64,000 nt of DNA from a virus. Its lineage: Duplodnaviria; Caudoviricetes. The notes below the pieces were generated by a model, which searched no databases, was not told where the DNA came from, and saw only the letters and a list, made by a program, of their open reading frames with translations. Position numbers and translations under genes: made by a program. Location: IMG/VR virus record IMGVR_UViG_3300020576_003089, positions 1 to 64,000 of that record. One strand, written 5' to 3'. Every line of letters starts with the position of its first letter. The first letter of the stretch is position 1. Shown in pieces: positions 21,306 to 31,200 of this stretch.

Positions 21306-22922
21306 TTATACTGTTTCTAATCCTTCAACGAAGATTCTTGCATAATAATCAGGTCTGATCATTTTCTTAGCATATCTTGTCATTAACCCTTTACGAGGAG
21401 TAAATGTGTTTGGATCATATAATAATGGAGTCATTATTAATGGCACATAAGGAGCAAATACAGCACCACATTCTAAGAATTGTGAACCTTTGTAACCCAT
21501 TAATATAACATTTTCAGTCATATATGGATTTTTGTACACTTTATAACGGCTGTTTAATTGACCTATTTTTTGTACTCCAAAGTTAAATGTATCTTTTTCA
21601 CCATCTCCATCAGTTGCAAAACCAGGAATTGATTCTAATACAGTGCATATTGCTGGAGAACATACCATGAAATTAGCACCACCTCTTAATGATAATTGGT
21701 GAATTTTATTAGATACTTTTTGTAATTTAGTACCTAATGTTGAGAACCATCCACCTTGTGCATTATAATAACCACCTGTTGTAGCTGATTGTTGAGTAAA
21801 CCCAGCACCATTCCATACATTGTTATTTCTTGCTGACCAATAATCAGTAGTAAATGCATTTTGGATTAACATATCTAACAATTCTAAATCAATTTCCATT
21901 GAAATATATTGAGATAAGATACCTGTTAATTCTGCTTCAGCATCAACACTTTGATAAGCATTTAAATCTTGAGCAAATTCAGGAGTCCATTGTGCTTTTA
22001 ATTTACGAGTTTTAGCAACAATTGGTTCTGATTTTAATTGAACATTAATTTCAGGAATAACAATTGGGTTAGCTTGAGATAAAGTACCTTCATTTTCAAA
22101 ATCACCACGAGCTGCTGGAGTAGGTTGAACACTATAGAACATAGTATAGTTAGCACCTGATGGTAAAACTGTAGCTACAGATGAACCAGTTATAATAAAT
22201 ACAAATGTACCATTAGTATTGTTATAAGTAGTAAATTGTTGTAAAATGTCTGATGCTACTACAAATGAACCAGTTGAAGCAACAAATGATCTAACAGCGT
22301 TTGCATCCATAGAAGCAGTAATAGCATTAGCTACAATTGTAACTTTTTTCAATGATGCCGTGTTATAAGTTGAATCATAGTTAATATCAGCCCATGTTAC
22401 AGAACCTGAAGTACCAGTTAAACCTGATGCTGTAAACGGATTAATTGAATAATTAAAACGTCCTGCTTCATATAATGAAGAAGTAGCATTTATATCTGTT
22501 ACATTTGTTGTAGGATTAGCACTATAAAGAGAATCACCTGCTCTAAATGGAGATATACTATTACCATATTTAAAATCTAAGTAAAATACTAGACCTGATG
22601 GTAAGTTCATTGGTTGAACAGAAATAAATTCTTTAGCTGCTATATCACCAAATACTCTACGTACTAATGGTAATGCTACACCAGCCCAGTTTTCAGAATT
22701 ATAACCACCACCACTCATACTATTTGTACCACCACCAACGTTGGTTTCTACAATTAATTGTTTAGCTTGGTTTTCAAGTAACATTGACATTGTGTTTCTT
22801 TCAGTGTCATTTCTTATACCTTCTAAAAGGCCAGATTTAACCCATTTTGAGGCTAATCTTTTTGAGTCTTCTTGAATCACTTTAAATGTGTTTGATGATT
22901 CAAGTAATTGTTGTATATTCAT
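21306..22922 (-). CDS. Major capsid protein (T4 gp23-like)
   Basis: LPLVRRVF...SVQPMNLPSGLVFYL...AKTRKLKAQWTPEFAQDL...DAEAEL...FAPYVPL...TFTPRKGLMTRY. Confidence 0.97.
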   Translation of the reverse strand: MNIQQLLESSNTFKVIQEDSKRLASKWVKSGLLEGIRNDTERNTMSMLLENQAKQLIVETNVGGGTNSMSGGGYNSENWAGVALPLVRRVFGDIAAKEFISVQPMNLPSGLVFYLDFKYGNSISPFRAGDSLYSANPTTNVTDINATSSLYEAGRFNYSINPFTASGLTGTSGSVTWADINYDSTYNTASLKKVTIVANAITASMDANAVRSFVASTGSFVVASDILQQFTTYNNTNGTFVFIITGSSVATVLPSGANYTMFYSVQPTPAARGDFENEGTLSQANPIVIPEINVQLKSEPIVAKTRKLKAQWTPEFAQDLNAYQSVDAEAELTGILSQYISMEIDLELLDMLIQNAFTTDYWSARNNNVWNGAGFTQQSATTGGYYNAQGGWFSTLGTKLQKVSNKIHQLSLRGGANFMVCSPAICTVLESIPGFATDGDGEKDTFNFGVQKIGQLNSRYKVYKNPYMTENVILMGYKGSQFLECGAVFAPYVPLIMTPLLYDPNTFTPRKGLMTRYAKKMIRPDYYARIFVEGLETV

Positions 22923-22959
22923 TGTTTTTTATTTATTGTTTTATTGTTATTGTTTTTTA

Positions 22960-24003
22960 TTATTTAATACCTGCTAATACTTGCATTCTTAAAAGACTAT
23001 CATTAACTTCTAAAATTGGTTTTCTTTGAGACATTCCTGCTGGTTTTGAAGCAAATCCTAAGTTTTCTTTTATAGTTGATTTTTTATTAGGATTAACAGG
23101 ATTTAATATATTAGAATTTAAAGATTCAAATATTAATTTAACTTCTTTTACATTAGTAGCTCTATCAAATGATGAAATAACTTTTAATTTTTGTCCTTCA
23201 TTTAAATTTTTAGCTTTAAATATTTTATTTACATAAAGTAATTTAGCGTTTAATAAATTAATTTCATTAATTTCAGTACGTAAAACTTTAACAGCTTTAT
23301 ATGCTTCGTTTAATTTTCTTTTTAATATTTTATTTTCATTTAAACCAGAATTTGAAACATTTGATGGTTGAACCATATCATCTAATTCTCTTAATATTTC
23401 ATCAATATCAAATTCATCTTCATCTTCACTACCAGGCATTCCACCACCTAAATCATCTCCCATGTTATCCATTCCCATTTCTCCACCTAAATCGTCTCCC
23501 ATTCCACCATCTAAATCATCTCCCATTCCTAAATCGTCTCCCATTTCTCCACCTAAATCTTCAGTTCCAGTACTCATTTCTTGACTTACTACTGATTGAA
23601 TAAGTGTTGTAAATTCTTCAACTGTTAAATTTGATAATTTTTCATCTGATTTATCATCTTCATCTTTCTCTGAACCTGTTTTTTCTTTAGGTTTAGATGG
23701 TTTTGATGGTGATTTATCATCTGATTTTTTATCTGATTTTTTGTCTTTATCTTTGTCATCATTATCATCTTCACTTTCATTTAAATCGTCTTCTAATTCT
23801 TGTAGGATTGAAGAAAGATCTACATCTTCTTCTAATTCGTCATTTCCGAATTCATCCATTTCATTTAATTTTCTAGACATCATTTTTTCAAGTTTAGGTT
23901 TTAATGTTTCTTCCAAAGCATTTTTAGCATTTATTAATGCAGTTTCACGAATCATTTTTGCATCAGCAATTGCATCTTGCAATACATTATTGTTTTTTGA
24001 CAT
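22960..24003 (-). CDS. Prohead scaffold/core protein (T4 gp22-like)
   Basis: Acidic coiled coil with GDDLGG low-complexity tract, between protease and capsid genes; ends RMQVLAGIK. Confidence 0.85.
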   Translation of the reverse strand: MSKNNNVLQDAIADAKMIRETALINAKNALEETLKPKLEKMMSRKLNEMDEFGNDELEEDVDLSSILQELEDDLNESEDDNDDKDKDKKSDKKSDDKSPSKPSKPKEKTGSEKDEDDKSDEKLSNLTVEEFTTLIQSVVSQEMSTGTEDLGGEMGDDLGMGDDLDGGMGDDLGGEMGMDNMGDDLGGGMPGSEDEDEFDIDEILRELDDMVQPSNVSNSGLNENKILKRKLNEAYKAVKVLRTEINEINLLNAKLLYVNKIFKAKNLNEGQKLKVISSFDRATNVKEVKLIFESLNSNILNPVNPNKKSTIKENLGFASKPAGMSQRKPILEVNDSLLRMQVLAGIK

Positions 24004-24135
24004 TTTTCCTTAATTATTTTTTTGTTGGAAATAAGATTATTATAATCTTAATAGTATTTTTTTCTAAACCATATCATATGAGATAATGATATATTGAGGT
24101 TATTAATAAATATATAGCAAAGGTCAAAACCATAC

Positions 24136-24165
24136 AAAAAGAAACGTTTCTTTTTAGAAACGTTT
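24136..24165 (-). terminator. Rho-independent terminator
   Basis: AAACGTTTCT-AAAA-AGAAACGTTT then CTTTTTG. Confidence 0.7.
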
Positions 24166-24424
24166 AATTATTCATTATTTGTTTTAATTCTCTGTAAATT
24201 TTTTCTAAATCTGATTGAGAAAATAAATCAAAATCATATGTTTCTAACCAATCATCACTAATATTATATTTTTTTATATATGGTTTACATATTTTTAAAT
24301 ATGAATTCCAATGATTGTTCCACTTAGGTATTGATATTGAATTCCAATACTCTTTTACCTTTGCTAAATTTATATTAGGATTATTAATGTCGAGTTCAGA
24401 TATAAGAGACATTAACTTTAACAT
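24164..24424 (-). CDS. Leader-tagged hypothetical protein (MLKLMSLISELDINNP)
   Basis: Leader variant; probable start is the 4th codon of the tracked ORF. Confidence 0.7.
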   Translation of the reverse strand: MLKLMSLISELDINNPNINLAKVKEYWNSISIPKWNNHWNSYLKICKPYIKKYNISDDWLETYDFDLFSQSDLEKIYRELKQIMNN

Positions 24425-25035
24425 AATGCACACACACCGGTTTGGTTACAAATAATATCTGTAATTATATTATTAATTTTACTATATTTAGTATCTGAAA
24501 TATGATTTAAATTTTCATTTAATTTATATTGATAAGCATTATTTGTAGATGGGGTTGAAACTAAATCAGCACATAATAAATCAAAATCATCTTGTACTTC
24601 TACAGTATTTTCACTTACTTGTTTAACGGAACCCATTCCTCTAGTTGATATACCTAATGGAATATTATTAGATGCAATTTCTTGTGCTATTCTGCCTGAT
24701 GGAGTATTTAGTAATTCTATTTCAGCCATTACATTATTACCTTCCCACCATATTTTAGTAATTAAATGAGAAACATTATTTAAATTAATAACTGATGAAT
24801 CGGGATGATCTAATTCACCTAATGCTGTTCTATTTTTAACAGGGCCTTCATTATATTTATTAAATTCTCTTTCTAATATAGCTTTAGGATATTTACGACC
24901 ATTTCCATTTTCAGCCTCTGCTTCCTGTATTTTACCTCTAACACGCATACGACCATTTCCTCCAGCTTTAGATTCATTTATAGTTGAATCTATACTAAAG
25001 TTAAATGGGATTGTGTCTATTAATAATTCTTTCAT
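24418..25035 (-). CDS. Prohead protease (T4 gp21-like)
   Basis: NGNGRKYP...RTALGELDHP...VSHLIT...LLNTPSG...GISTRGMGS...DLVSTPST. Confidence 0.95.
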   Translation of the reverse strand: MKELLIDTIPFNFSIDSTINESKAGGNGRMRVRGKIQEAEAENGNGRKYPKAILEREFNKYNEGPVKNRTALGELDHPDSSVINLNNVSHLITKIWWEGNNVMAEIELLNTPSGRIAQEIASNNIPLGISTRGMGSVKQVSENTVEVQDDFDLLCADLVSTPSTNNAYQYKLNENLNHISDTKYSKINNIITDIICNQTGVCALC

Positions 25036-26435
25036 TATTTTTTAAATAATTTTTTAATTCGTCTTTTTATTTCTTGCATCATTTCAGAAGTTATCTTAGG
25101 AGATAATACATAAAATGTTTTAACACCATCTTCACCTTCATTACTAGATTCTACTTTAATATTAAATTTTGTTTCTAATTCACTTAATATATGTGTAGGT
25201 AATTCATCCCAATAATCATATTTTAAATAAACTTTTAGATTTTTTTCAGTTAATCTAATATTTTGACATTCATCTGGACATTTAGTATCTATAAAATTTT
25301 GTACTTGATTTAATATTCCTTCATTACTAACTTCTAGTTCATTTACATTTTGACCTTGTTCAGCTTTTCTTCTTTTATATTCTGCATTTGGGTCATTGAT
25401 TGCTAATTCATTTAAACCCTTAACTTTTTTCATTTTACCACCTGTCATATCCATTACACCTTTAATACCTTTAGCTCTAACAGCTTTATGTGTTAAATCT
25501 TTAACTTTAATTTTAGGTGTAGTTTCTTTTTTAGCTTTATTAGCAGATGCTTTATCCTTTTCTACACCTTTAGGATTTTCCATTTTGTTTAACTTATCTG
25601 TTGTATTAGACATTTTTTTATCCATTTCAACTGGTAAATCAGTGCGTTTTTTAACTTCTGGTTCTATTTTTTTAATATCTCCACCTGCTAATAATAATTT
25701 AGTATAATAATAAGAATGTTTACTTAAATTAGATTTAACTTTTTTCATCCATTTTTCAATAGTTCCTGTTGGATCAATTGATCTTTCATAACGCATTCCT
25801 ATTTGTTGTTCTAAAGGATCTACTTCGTCTTTACCTTCAATACCATTATATTTTGAATCTGAACCATCCCATTTAGAACCCATTGGTTTAAATTTAGGTT
25901 CTTTTATTTCACGTAATGTTTCATTATCAAAATCAATTAATTCTAAATCAGCTATATAGTCATCTTCAATATCATAATCATCATCTTTATCTATTTTCCA
26001 TTCATAATCATCTTCATCTTCATCTTCTTCTGGATTTTCATTTAAATCTACCCAATTAAAATCATCTTCAACCATATCTTCATTACCATATATGTCTAAA
26101 TTACGTAATATTTCTAAATCTTCTTCACTAGGTGCTGCAGGTTCAATTGAATCATTATCTATTCTTAAAGAACGTTTTGGTATTCTGAGATTATCAGTAT
26201 CAAAATCTATAGGATCATCATGTTCTTCATCTCTTGGAATTGCTTCATCTAATTGACTTTCACAATTACATCCTTCAGCTATTAAACTTTTGGCTTTAAA
26301 TATTTTAATTGTATCTTCGAATGTATTTACATTAGTAATATAATTAGGAAAAGTTCTACGTGCTTCACGTAAAAAATCTTTCTTACTTATTTTACCTTCT
26401 TGTAAATCAATACATAAGTTTGTTATATTTTTCAT
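25035..26435 (-). CDS. Putative prohead core/internal protein
   Basis: Acidic; internal LNELAINDP and VNELEVSNE junctions; located between portal and protease. Confidence 0.5.
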   Translation of the reverse strand: MKNITNLCIDLQEGKISKKDFLREARRTFPNYITNVNTFEDTIKIFKAKSLIAEGCNCESQLDEAIPRDEEHDDPIDFDTDNLRIPKRSLRIDNDSIEPAAPSEEDLEILRNLDIYGNEDMVEDDFNWVDLNENPEEDEDEDDYEWKIDKDDDYDIEDDYIADLELIDFDNETLREIKEPKFKPMGSKWDGSDSKYNGIEGKDEVDPLEQQIGMRYERSIDPTGTIEKWMKKVKSNLSKHSYYYTKLLLAGGDIKKIEPEVKKRTDLPVEMDKKMSNTTDKLNKMENPKGVEKDKASANKAKKETTPKIKVKDLTHKAVRAKGIKGVMDMTGGKMKKVKGLNELAINDPNAEYKRRKAEQGQNVNELEVSNEGILNQVQNFIDTKCPDECQNIRLTEKNLKVYLKYDYWDELPTHILSELETKFNIKVESSNEGEDGVKTFYVLSPKITSEMMQEIKRRIKKLFKK

Positions 26436-27115
26436 TAAATACTAATTTGTTTTTGAGGTGCTTGATTAAATTCGGCTACTTTAGCTTGCTCTTGAGCTGG
26501 GGTTTGTGTTTTACTAAAGCTTAATACTTTAGCCCATTCTACTGAATTAGCTTCACCTTCTTCTTCTCTACCTGTTAATTTAATATAAATACCATCTTTT
26601 TCCATTTTAATCTGATATTTTTTTCCATCTAATGCTTTTTTAACTGCATCAAAACGTTCTTGGGGATTAACATTTTCGTTTAGCTTAATATTAGCTAATT
26701 GTTGCATTCTTTTAATTTCGTCTATTTGTTGTTTCATTTTTATTTTTATTTTATTAGCTAATTCATAATCTTCATCTTCAATAGCTTTTTCTAATTGGTT
26801 TTCTAAAGTTTCATTTTCATTTTCATCAAATCCTATAACAGGTTCATAGTTTTGAATTGAATCAAGTTCCCCAATATCGTCAAATTTATAATTATTATCT
26901 AAAAATATAATTATACCTTGATTAGTTCTTTTAATTTTTAACTTAACTGTACCACCAGGTTGTTGACTATATATAAATTTTTTATTAATAAAAACATCAT
27001 CATATTCATTTACTTTAACAGCCCAAGGTACTACATATCCATAATTATTTACAGGTAGGTTTTCTATATAATTATTCCTATTTAAATTATTACTGGGTAA
27101 TTTAAGTTCTCTCAT
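26435..27115 (-). CDS. Putative core/internal protein with RMQQLANIKLNE motif
   Basis: Motif read in translation. Confidence 0.5.
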   Translation of the reverse strand: MRELKLPSNNLNRNNYIENLPVNNYGYVVPWAVKVNEYDDVFINKKFIYSQQPGGTVKLKIKRTNQGIIIFLDNNYKFDDIGELDSIQNYEPVIGFDENENETLENQLEKAIEDEDYELANKIKIKMKQQIDEIKRMQQLANIKLNENVNPQERFDAVKKALDGKKYQIKMEKDGIYIKLTGREEEGEANSVEWAKVLSFSKTQTPAQEQAKVAEFNQAPQKQISI

Positions 27116-27117
27116 TA

Positions 27118-28407
27118 TTATAATCCTTTGATTTTATTGTTAAGTGTTTCCACTAATTCTTGTATTTTGTTAATTGATTGTTTTGTTTTATCCCAATATT
27201 GAACACCTTCTTCATTTTCACTTAATTCTTGTTTCATTCTATTCATATATTCAACAATTCTATCCACTTCTTGGAGTTTTGATTTAACTGTTTTGATACC
27301 TTTATGAAGCATTTCATTTTTACTTCTGAATTTTACTTCTTTTTTAAATTGACCATATGATGCTTCTTTTAATATCATGTTTTGAATAAGTTTATTAAGT
27401 TTTGATTCGTTTATATTATTACGTACTAACAAATATGCTTTATATATTTGATTTTTATTATTTTCTAAATATGTTTTTAATTTTTGTATTGTACCATGTA
27501 TGTTTCCTGATGTTAAATCTAAATTAAATTCTTTTGATATTAAACTAAATTTATCTGGATCTTTTACACATATTCTTAGTATATCTTGAATGCTTGGAAT
27601 TTTATTTATACCTAATTCATTTATTGAATCTTGTTTAAATGAATTATAAGCACTGTTTCTCCAAGTCATTAAAATATTTCTAATATTTTTATCTTCAGGT
27701 AAAGCTGAAGCATTTGATACTTCAAACCATTTATTTAATTCAACAGGTCTTTTATGTAGTATTGTATTTAATACTGAATCAGATGTGTTATTTGAAGCTC
27801 CAAATTCACCATGTTTATTAAGTAACATAGCTAAACGTTCAGCTGCTTTAGTTACTTCAGGTGTTTCTTCTATTTCGGATTCATATAAAGGAACATTCAT
27901 GTCTTTATTCACATCAGTTTTGTTTGGATTTTGAATAACCCAACCATCACTTGATTTAGACATTATTAATGGTAAAGATAAAAAACCATTACCTAATACT
28001 TTTGTATTAGCAGCATATTTTTTAATTAAACCTCTAACTTGTTGTGGTACTCTTTCTTTTAAAAACAATGTTAATTTACCTAAACTTTGTTCTTTTGCAA
28101 ATGAACTTCTACCTCTTTCAATATTATCTAATGCTGTTTTAACTAATGGATCTATCATTAATATAGATTCACCTTTTGAATTAGTTGCTATTTTAAAATA
28201 TATTTTTGGTTCTTGAGCAAATCCAAACCCAATTGGTTTTAATAATGATTCTGGAAATTCAAATTCATTAGGAACAAAACGTCTGCCTTTTTTTAATGGT
28301 ATAGCTTCTTTAAACAATTTTGGTGTTGCAGTAGTTTCTCCAGGACTAGTTATGTTCCCTTCTTCTTCAAGAATTTCTTTTAATATTTTTGCTATTATTT
28401 TACTCAT
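27118..28407 (-). CDS. Putative core/internal multi-module protein
   Basis: ILKEILEE N-terminus; internal INELGINK, NINES and ILKE junctions. Confidence 0.5.
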   Translation of the reverse strand: MSKIIAKILKEILEEEGNITSPGETTATPKLFKEAIPLKKGRRFVPNEFEFPESLLKPIGFGFAQEPKIYFKIATNSKGESILMIDPLVKTALDNIERGRSSFAKEQSLGKLTLFLKERVPQQVRGLIKKYAANTKVLGNGFLSLPLIMSKSSDGWVIQNPNKTDVNKDMNVPLYESEIEETPEVTKAAERLAMLLNKHGEFGASNNTSDSVLNTILHKRPVELNKWFEVSNASALPEDKNIRNILMTWRNSAYNSFKQDSINELGINKIPSIQDILRICVKDPDKFSLISKEFNLDLTSGNIHGTIQKLKTYLENNKNQIYKAYLLVRNNINESKLNKLIQNMILKEASYGQFKKEVKFRSKNEMLHKGIKTVKSKLQEVDRIVEYMNRMKQELSENEEGVQYWDKTKQSINKIQELVETLNNKIKGL

Positions 28408-29252
28408 TATTTTAAATTAGAAAGCTCTTCAACAAGTTGATAATATTGTAATAATGATACCACATTTTCGTCTTTAACATTTTCTGTTTTTTCTAAAGGT
28501 TTAAGAAGATGAATTACCTCCGTTAACTTAATAGAAGAAGTTTTATCATCTACCTTTTTAGAAAGTTTAAGTAATTCAGATTTTAGGTTTTTATAGTTTG
28601 AATTTACGAATTCTCTTAAATTAGAAACATTACCTATGTTGTTAATATATTCTTTTAATATTGTTTTTTGATTATTATTTAAATTTTGATATTTGTCATT
28701 AAATTTTTCTAATAATGATCTATATGCTAATATACGTGTATCCGAATCTAATTTTGAATATTCTTCATATATATCTTCACCTTTTTTAATATCTTTAGAA
28801 CATATATGTTCTAATAATGTATTTTTATTTTCGATAAGAATATCGGGATTTATAAAATCAACAGAATTGTTAGATTCTATTAATATATAAGCAGCTGCAT
28901 ATTGAGGGTAATTATTTATTTTATTTTTGCAAAATAAATCTAAATTATAATTTTCTTTAATTTCTTTAATTAAATTATATTTTTCTCTACGTATAGTAGA
29001 ACGATTTAATCGTTTTGATAATAATATTATATTATCAATAACGGAGTTAGCTTTAATTTCAGATAAGTTTTTATTATTTATTAATGATTGATATAATTTA
29101 TGTTCTTTAGCTAATTCAGTTTTAGAAAAATATTTTTTAATTATATTAACAGCTGGTGAATCATTACCTGATATGGTATCGTTGGTTACTTGTCGAATTA
29201 ATAATTCGAATAGTATTGCCGTATTTTTATACTTTGAATTTTTTATTTTCAT
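28407..29252 (-). CDS. Conserved-type hypothetical head morphogenesis protein
   Basis: 281-aa helical ORF (KYKNTAILFELLIRQ) immediately downstream of portal. Confidence 0.55.
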   Translation of the reverse strand: MKIKNSKYKNTAILFELLIRQVTNDTISGNDSPAVNIIKKYFSKTELAKEHKLYQSLINNKNLSEIKANSVIDNIILLSKRLNRSTIRREKYNLIKEIKENYNLDLFCKNKINNYPQYAAAYILIESNNSVDFINPDILIENKNTLLEHICSKDIKKGEDIYEEYSKLDSDTRILAYRSLLEKFNDKYQNLNNNQKTILKEYINNIGNVSNLREFVNSNYKNLKSELLKLSKKVDDKTSSIKLTEVIHLLKPLEKTENVKDENVVSLLQYYQLVEELSNLK

Positions 29253-29282
29253 TTGTTAAGATGTATACACTATATAAATATA

Positions 29283-31178
29283 TTAGATATTTTCTTCCTT
29301 AATATTAGATTCATTTAACAATTCTGATTCTGATTCTTGTTCTTGTTCAAATATTAATGTTTTTTTAAATTGTGATGGCAAAGATGATTTAATTTTATAA
29401 AGTTCTTGTAATGCTTTATTACTAACTAAATCCATAGTTGAACTATTTTCACCCTTTCCTAATCTATCACGTCCTAATGGATCTTGCTGTGTGTTTATCA
29501 TAGATGCTTTTTCAATAGGGCGTCCAATAGGTGATTTTTCATCATAACCAGCTGGAACATCACCATTTGTATTCATTCCTGTTCTACCCTTACCATATAA
29601 TGATGCTAAATCGTGTGGTGTACCAAATGATTTACCTGAACGTAATGGATCATTCCCTTCATTTTCTATCTGAGCTAATCTAAATTCACGTTTTTTATCT
29701 TCAATAACTAAATCACGGTGTTCATCATATTGATCTTCACTAAATTCAAACACATTGTTATAAATCCAATCAGATGGTAATAATTTACTATCTATTACAT
29801 CTTTAGCTAATTGAATTTTTTCTTTCCATAATGCTACTTTTTCTTGTTCATATACTATTGATGGAGTAGTTAATGATAATTCAAAATTAGTTAATGTAGC
29901 ACCATCATATCCTTGAGTATATAAATGTATTAATGCTATTTTATATAATTCTGATATAACTATACGTTGGATGCGTTCAATTGTACGAGCAAATCTAATA
30001 TCTTCAGCAGCAAGTGTTGCTTTTCCTGTTAAATCTTTTTCAAAACCAAAAAATGCTTTAGGCACTTTTAATGCTGATAACATTTCATCTCTTAAAAAAT
30101 TAACATCCTCAATAGCATTATATTCTAATCCTTTTAATGTATCTATTTTAGTTGATTGATCATTACCTCTAACAGGGATATAAAAATCCTCCATTAAATT
30201 CATCATGTTATATTTTAAGTTATATTCACCAGTTGATTGATCTATAAAAGGTGTTTTTTTAACTTTTTGTTGTAATTTTTGCATGTATGAATCTACTTCA
30301 TGTGATGGTAAATTTCCTACATTTACTGTAAATACACGTTTTTCAGGGGCTCTAGATATACGATGTAGTAACATCGCATCTTTCATTAATGAGTATTGTT
30401 TAAATGTTTTACGAGCTCCTTCTAAATAACTTTTTCCATATGGTAAATAATTGGCATCTGCTAGTAATCTAAAATGAGCTATTTCATAATTTTGAAATTC
30501 CATTTTACCATCTCTTGAATTGCTACCTATCATTCCTAACCCCGCTACTGCTAATGATTGAGGATCTATTCTAAATGTAGTTTTAGGTACTTTTCTAACA
30601 TCAACACTATCATCTAATCCTTCTTCACGAGTCATTTCATATGTTGATAATGGCATTACATTAAATACACCAAATTTTTCTGCTATTTCTAATTTAAGAT
30701 AAAAATCACCATATTTACACATATTTCTAATCCATAACCATAAATTAAATTCAATATTTAAAACATCATAAAATAAATTATATAAAATTTGTTGTACATT
30801 TTCATCACTTGATCTAATTTGTAAGATTTCTCTCATTTCATTTTTTAAAGTAGATTCATCTGCTATGATATCTAAAGCTGAACTTATAATAGGTTCAGTA
30901 TCCATTACTTCATAATCAGCATATAGCTGTGTACGAAGTGTTTGAATATTCATTGTTGGATTATATGGATTAGTAGCTCCATATTTATGTAATTTAGAAA
31001 ATCTATCTACTAATGAGTTAGTTCTGACATCACCATATGATTGAGTTTTATCAAAATCATTTACTTTTAGTTGTTTACCACCAACGTTGCGTATTACAAC
31101 ATTTGTACTAAATATCTTCTCTAATTTATCAAATACACCTTGTTTAGGTTGTTCTTGATTATTTGTATTTTCTGCCAT
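29283..31178 (-). CDS. Portal protein (T4 gp20-like)
   Basis: LPYGKSYLE...DAMLLHRISRAPEKRVFTVNVGNLP...EDFYIP.RG...IDTL.G...ALKVPK. Confidence 0.95.
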   Translation of the reverse strand: MAENTNNQEQPKQGVFDKLEKIFSTNVVIRNVGGKQLKVNDFDKTQSYGDVRTNSLVDRFSKLHKYGATNPYNPTMNIQTLRTQLYADYEVMDTEPIISSALDIIADESTLKNEMREILQIRSSDENVQQILYNLFYDVLNIEFNLWLWIRNMCKYGDFYLKLEIAEKFGVFNVMPLSTYEMTREEGLDDSVDVRKVPKTTFRIDPQSLAVAGLGMIGSNSRDGKMEFQNYEIAHFRLLADANYLPYGKSYLEGARKTFKQYSLMKDAMLLHRISRAPEKRVFTVNVGNLPSHEVDSYMQKLQQKVKKTPFIDQSTGEYNLKYNMMNLMEDFYIPVRGNDQSTKIDTLKGLEYNAIEDVNFLRDEMLSALKVPKAFFGFEKDLTGKATLAAEDIRFARTIERIQRIVISELYKIALIHLYTQGYDGATLTNFELSLTTPSIVYEQEKVALWKEKIQLAKDVIDSKLLPSDWIYNNVFEFSEDQYDEHRDLVIEDKKREFRLAQIENEGNDPLRSGKSFGTPHDLASLYGKGRTGMNTNGDVPAGYDEKSPIGRPIEKASMINTQQDPLGRDRLGKGENSSTMDLVSNKALQELYKIKSSLPSQFKKTLIFEQEQESESELLNESNIKEENI

Positions 31179-31200
31179 ATTATTATTAATAAATATAATT

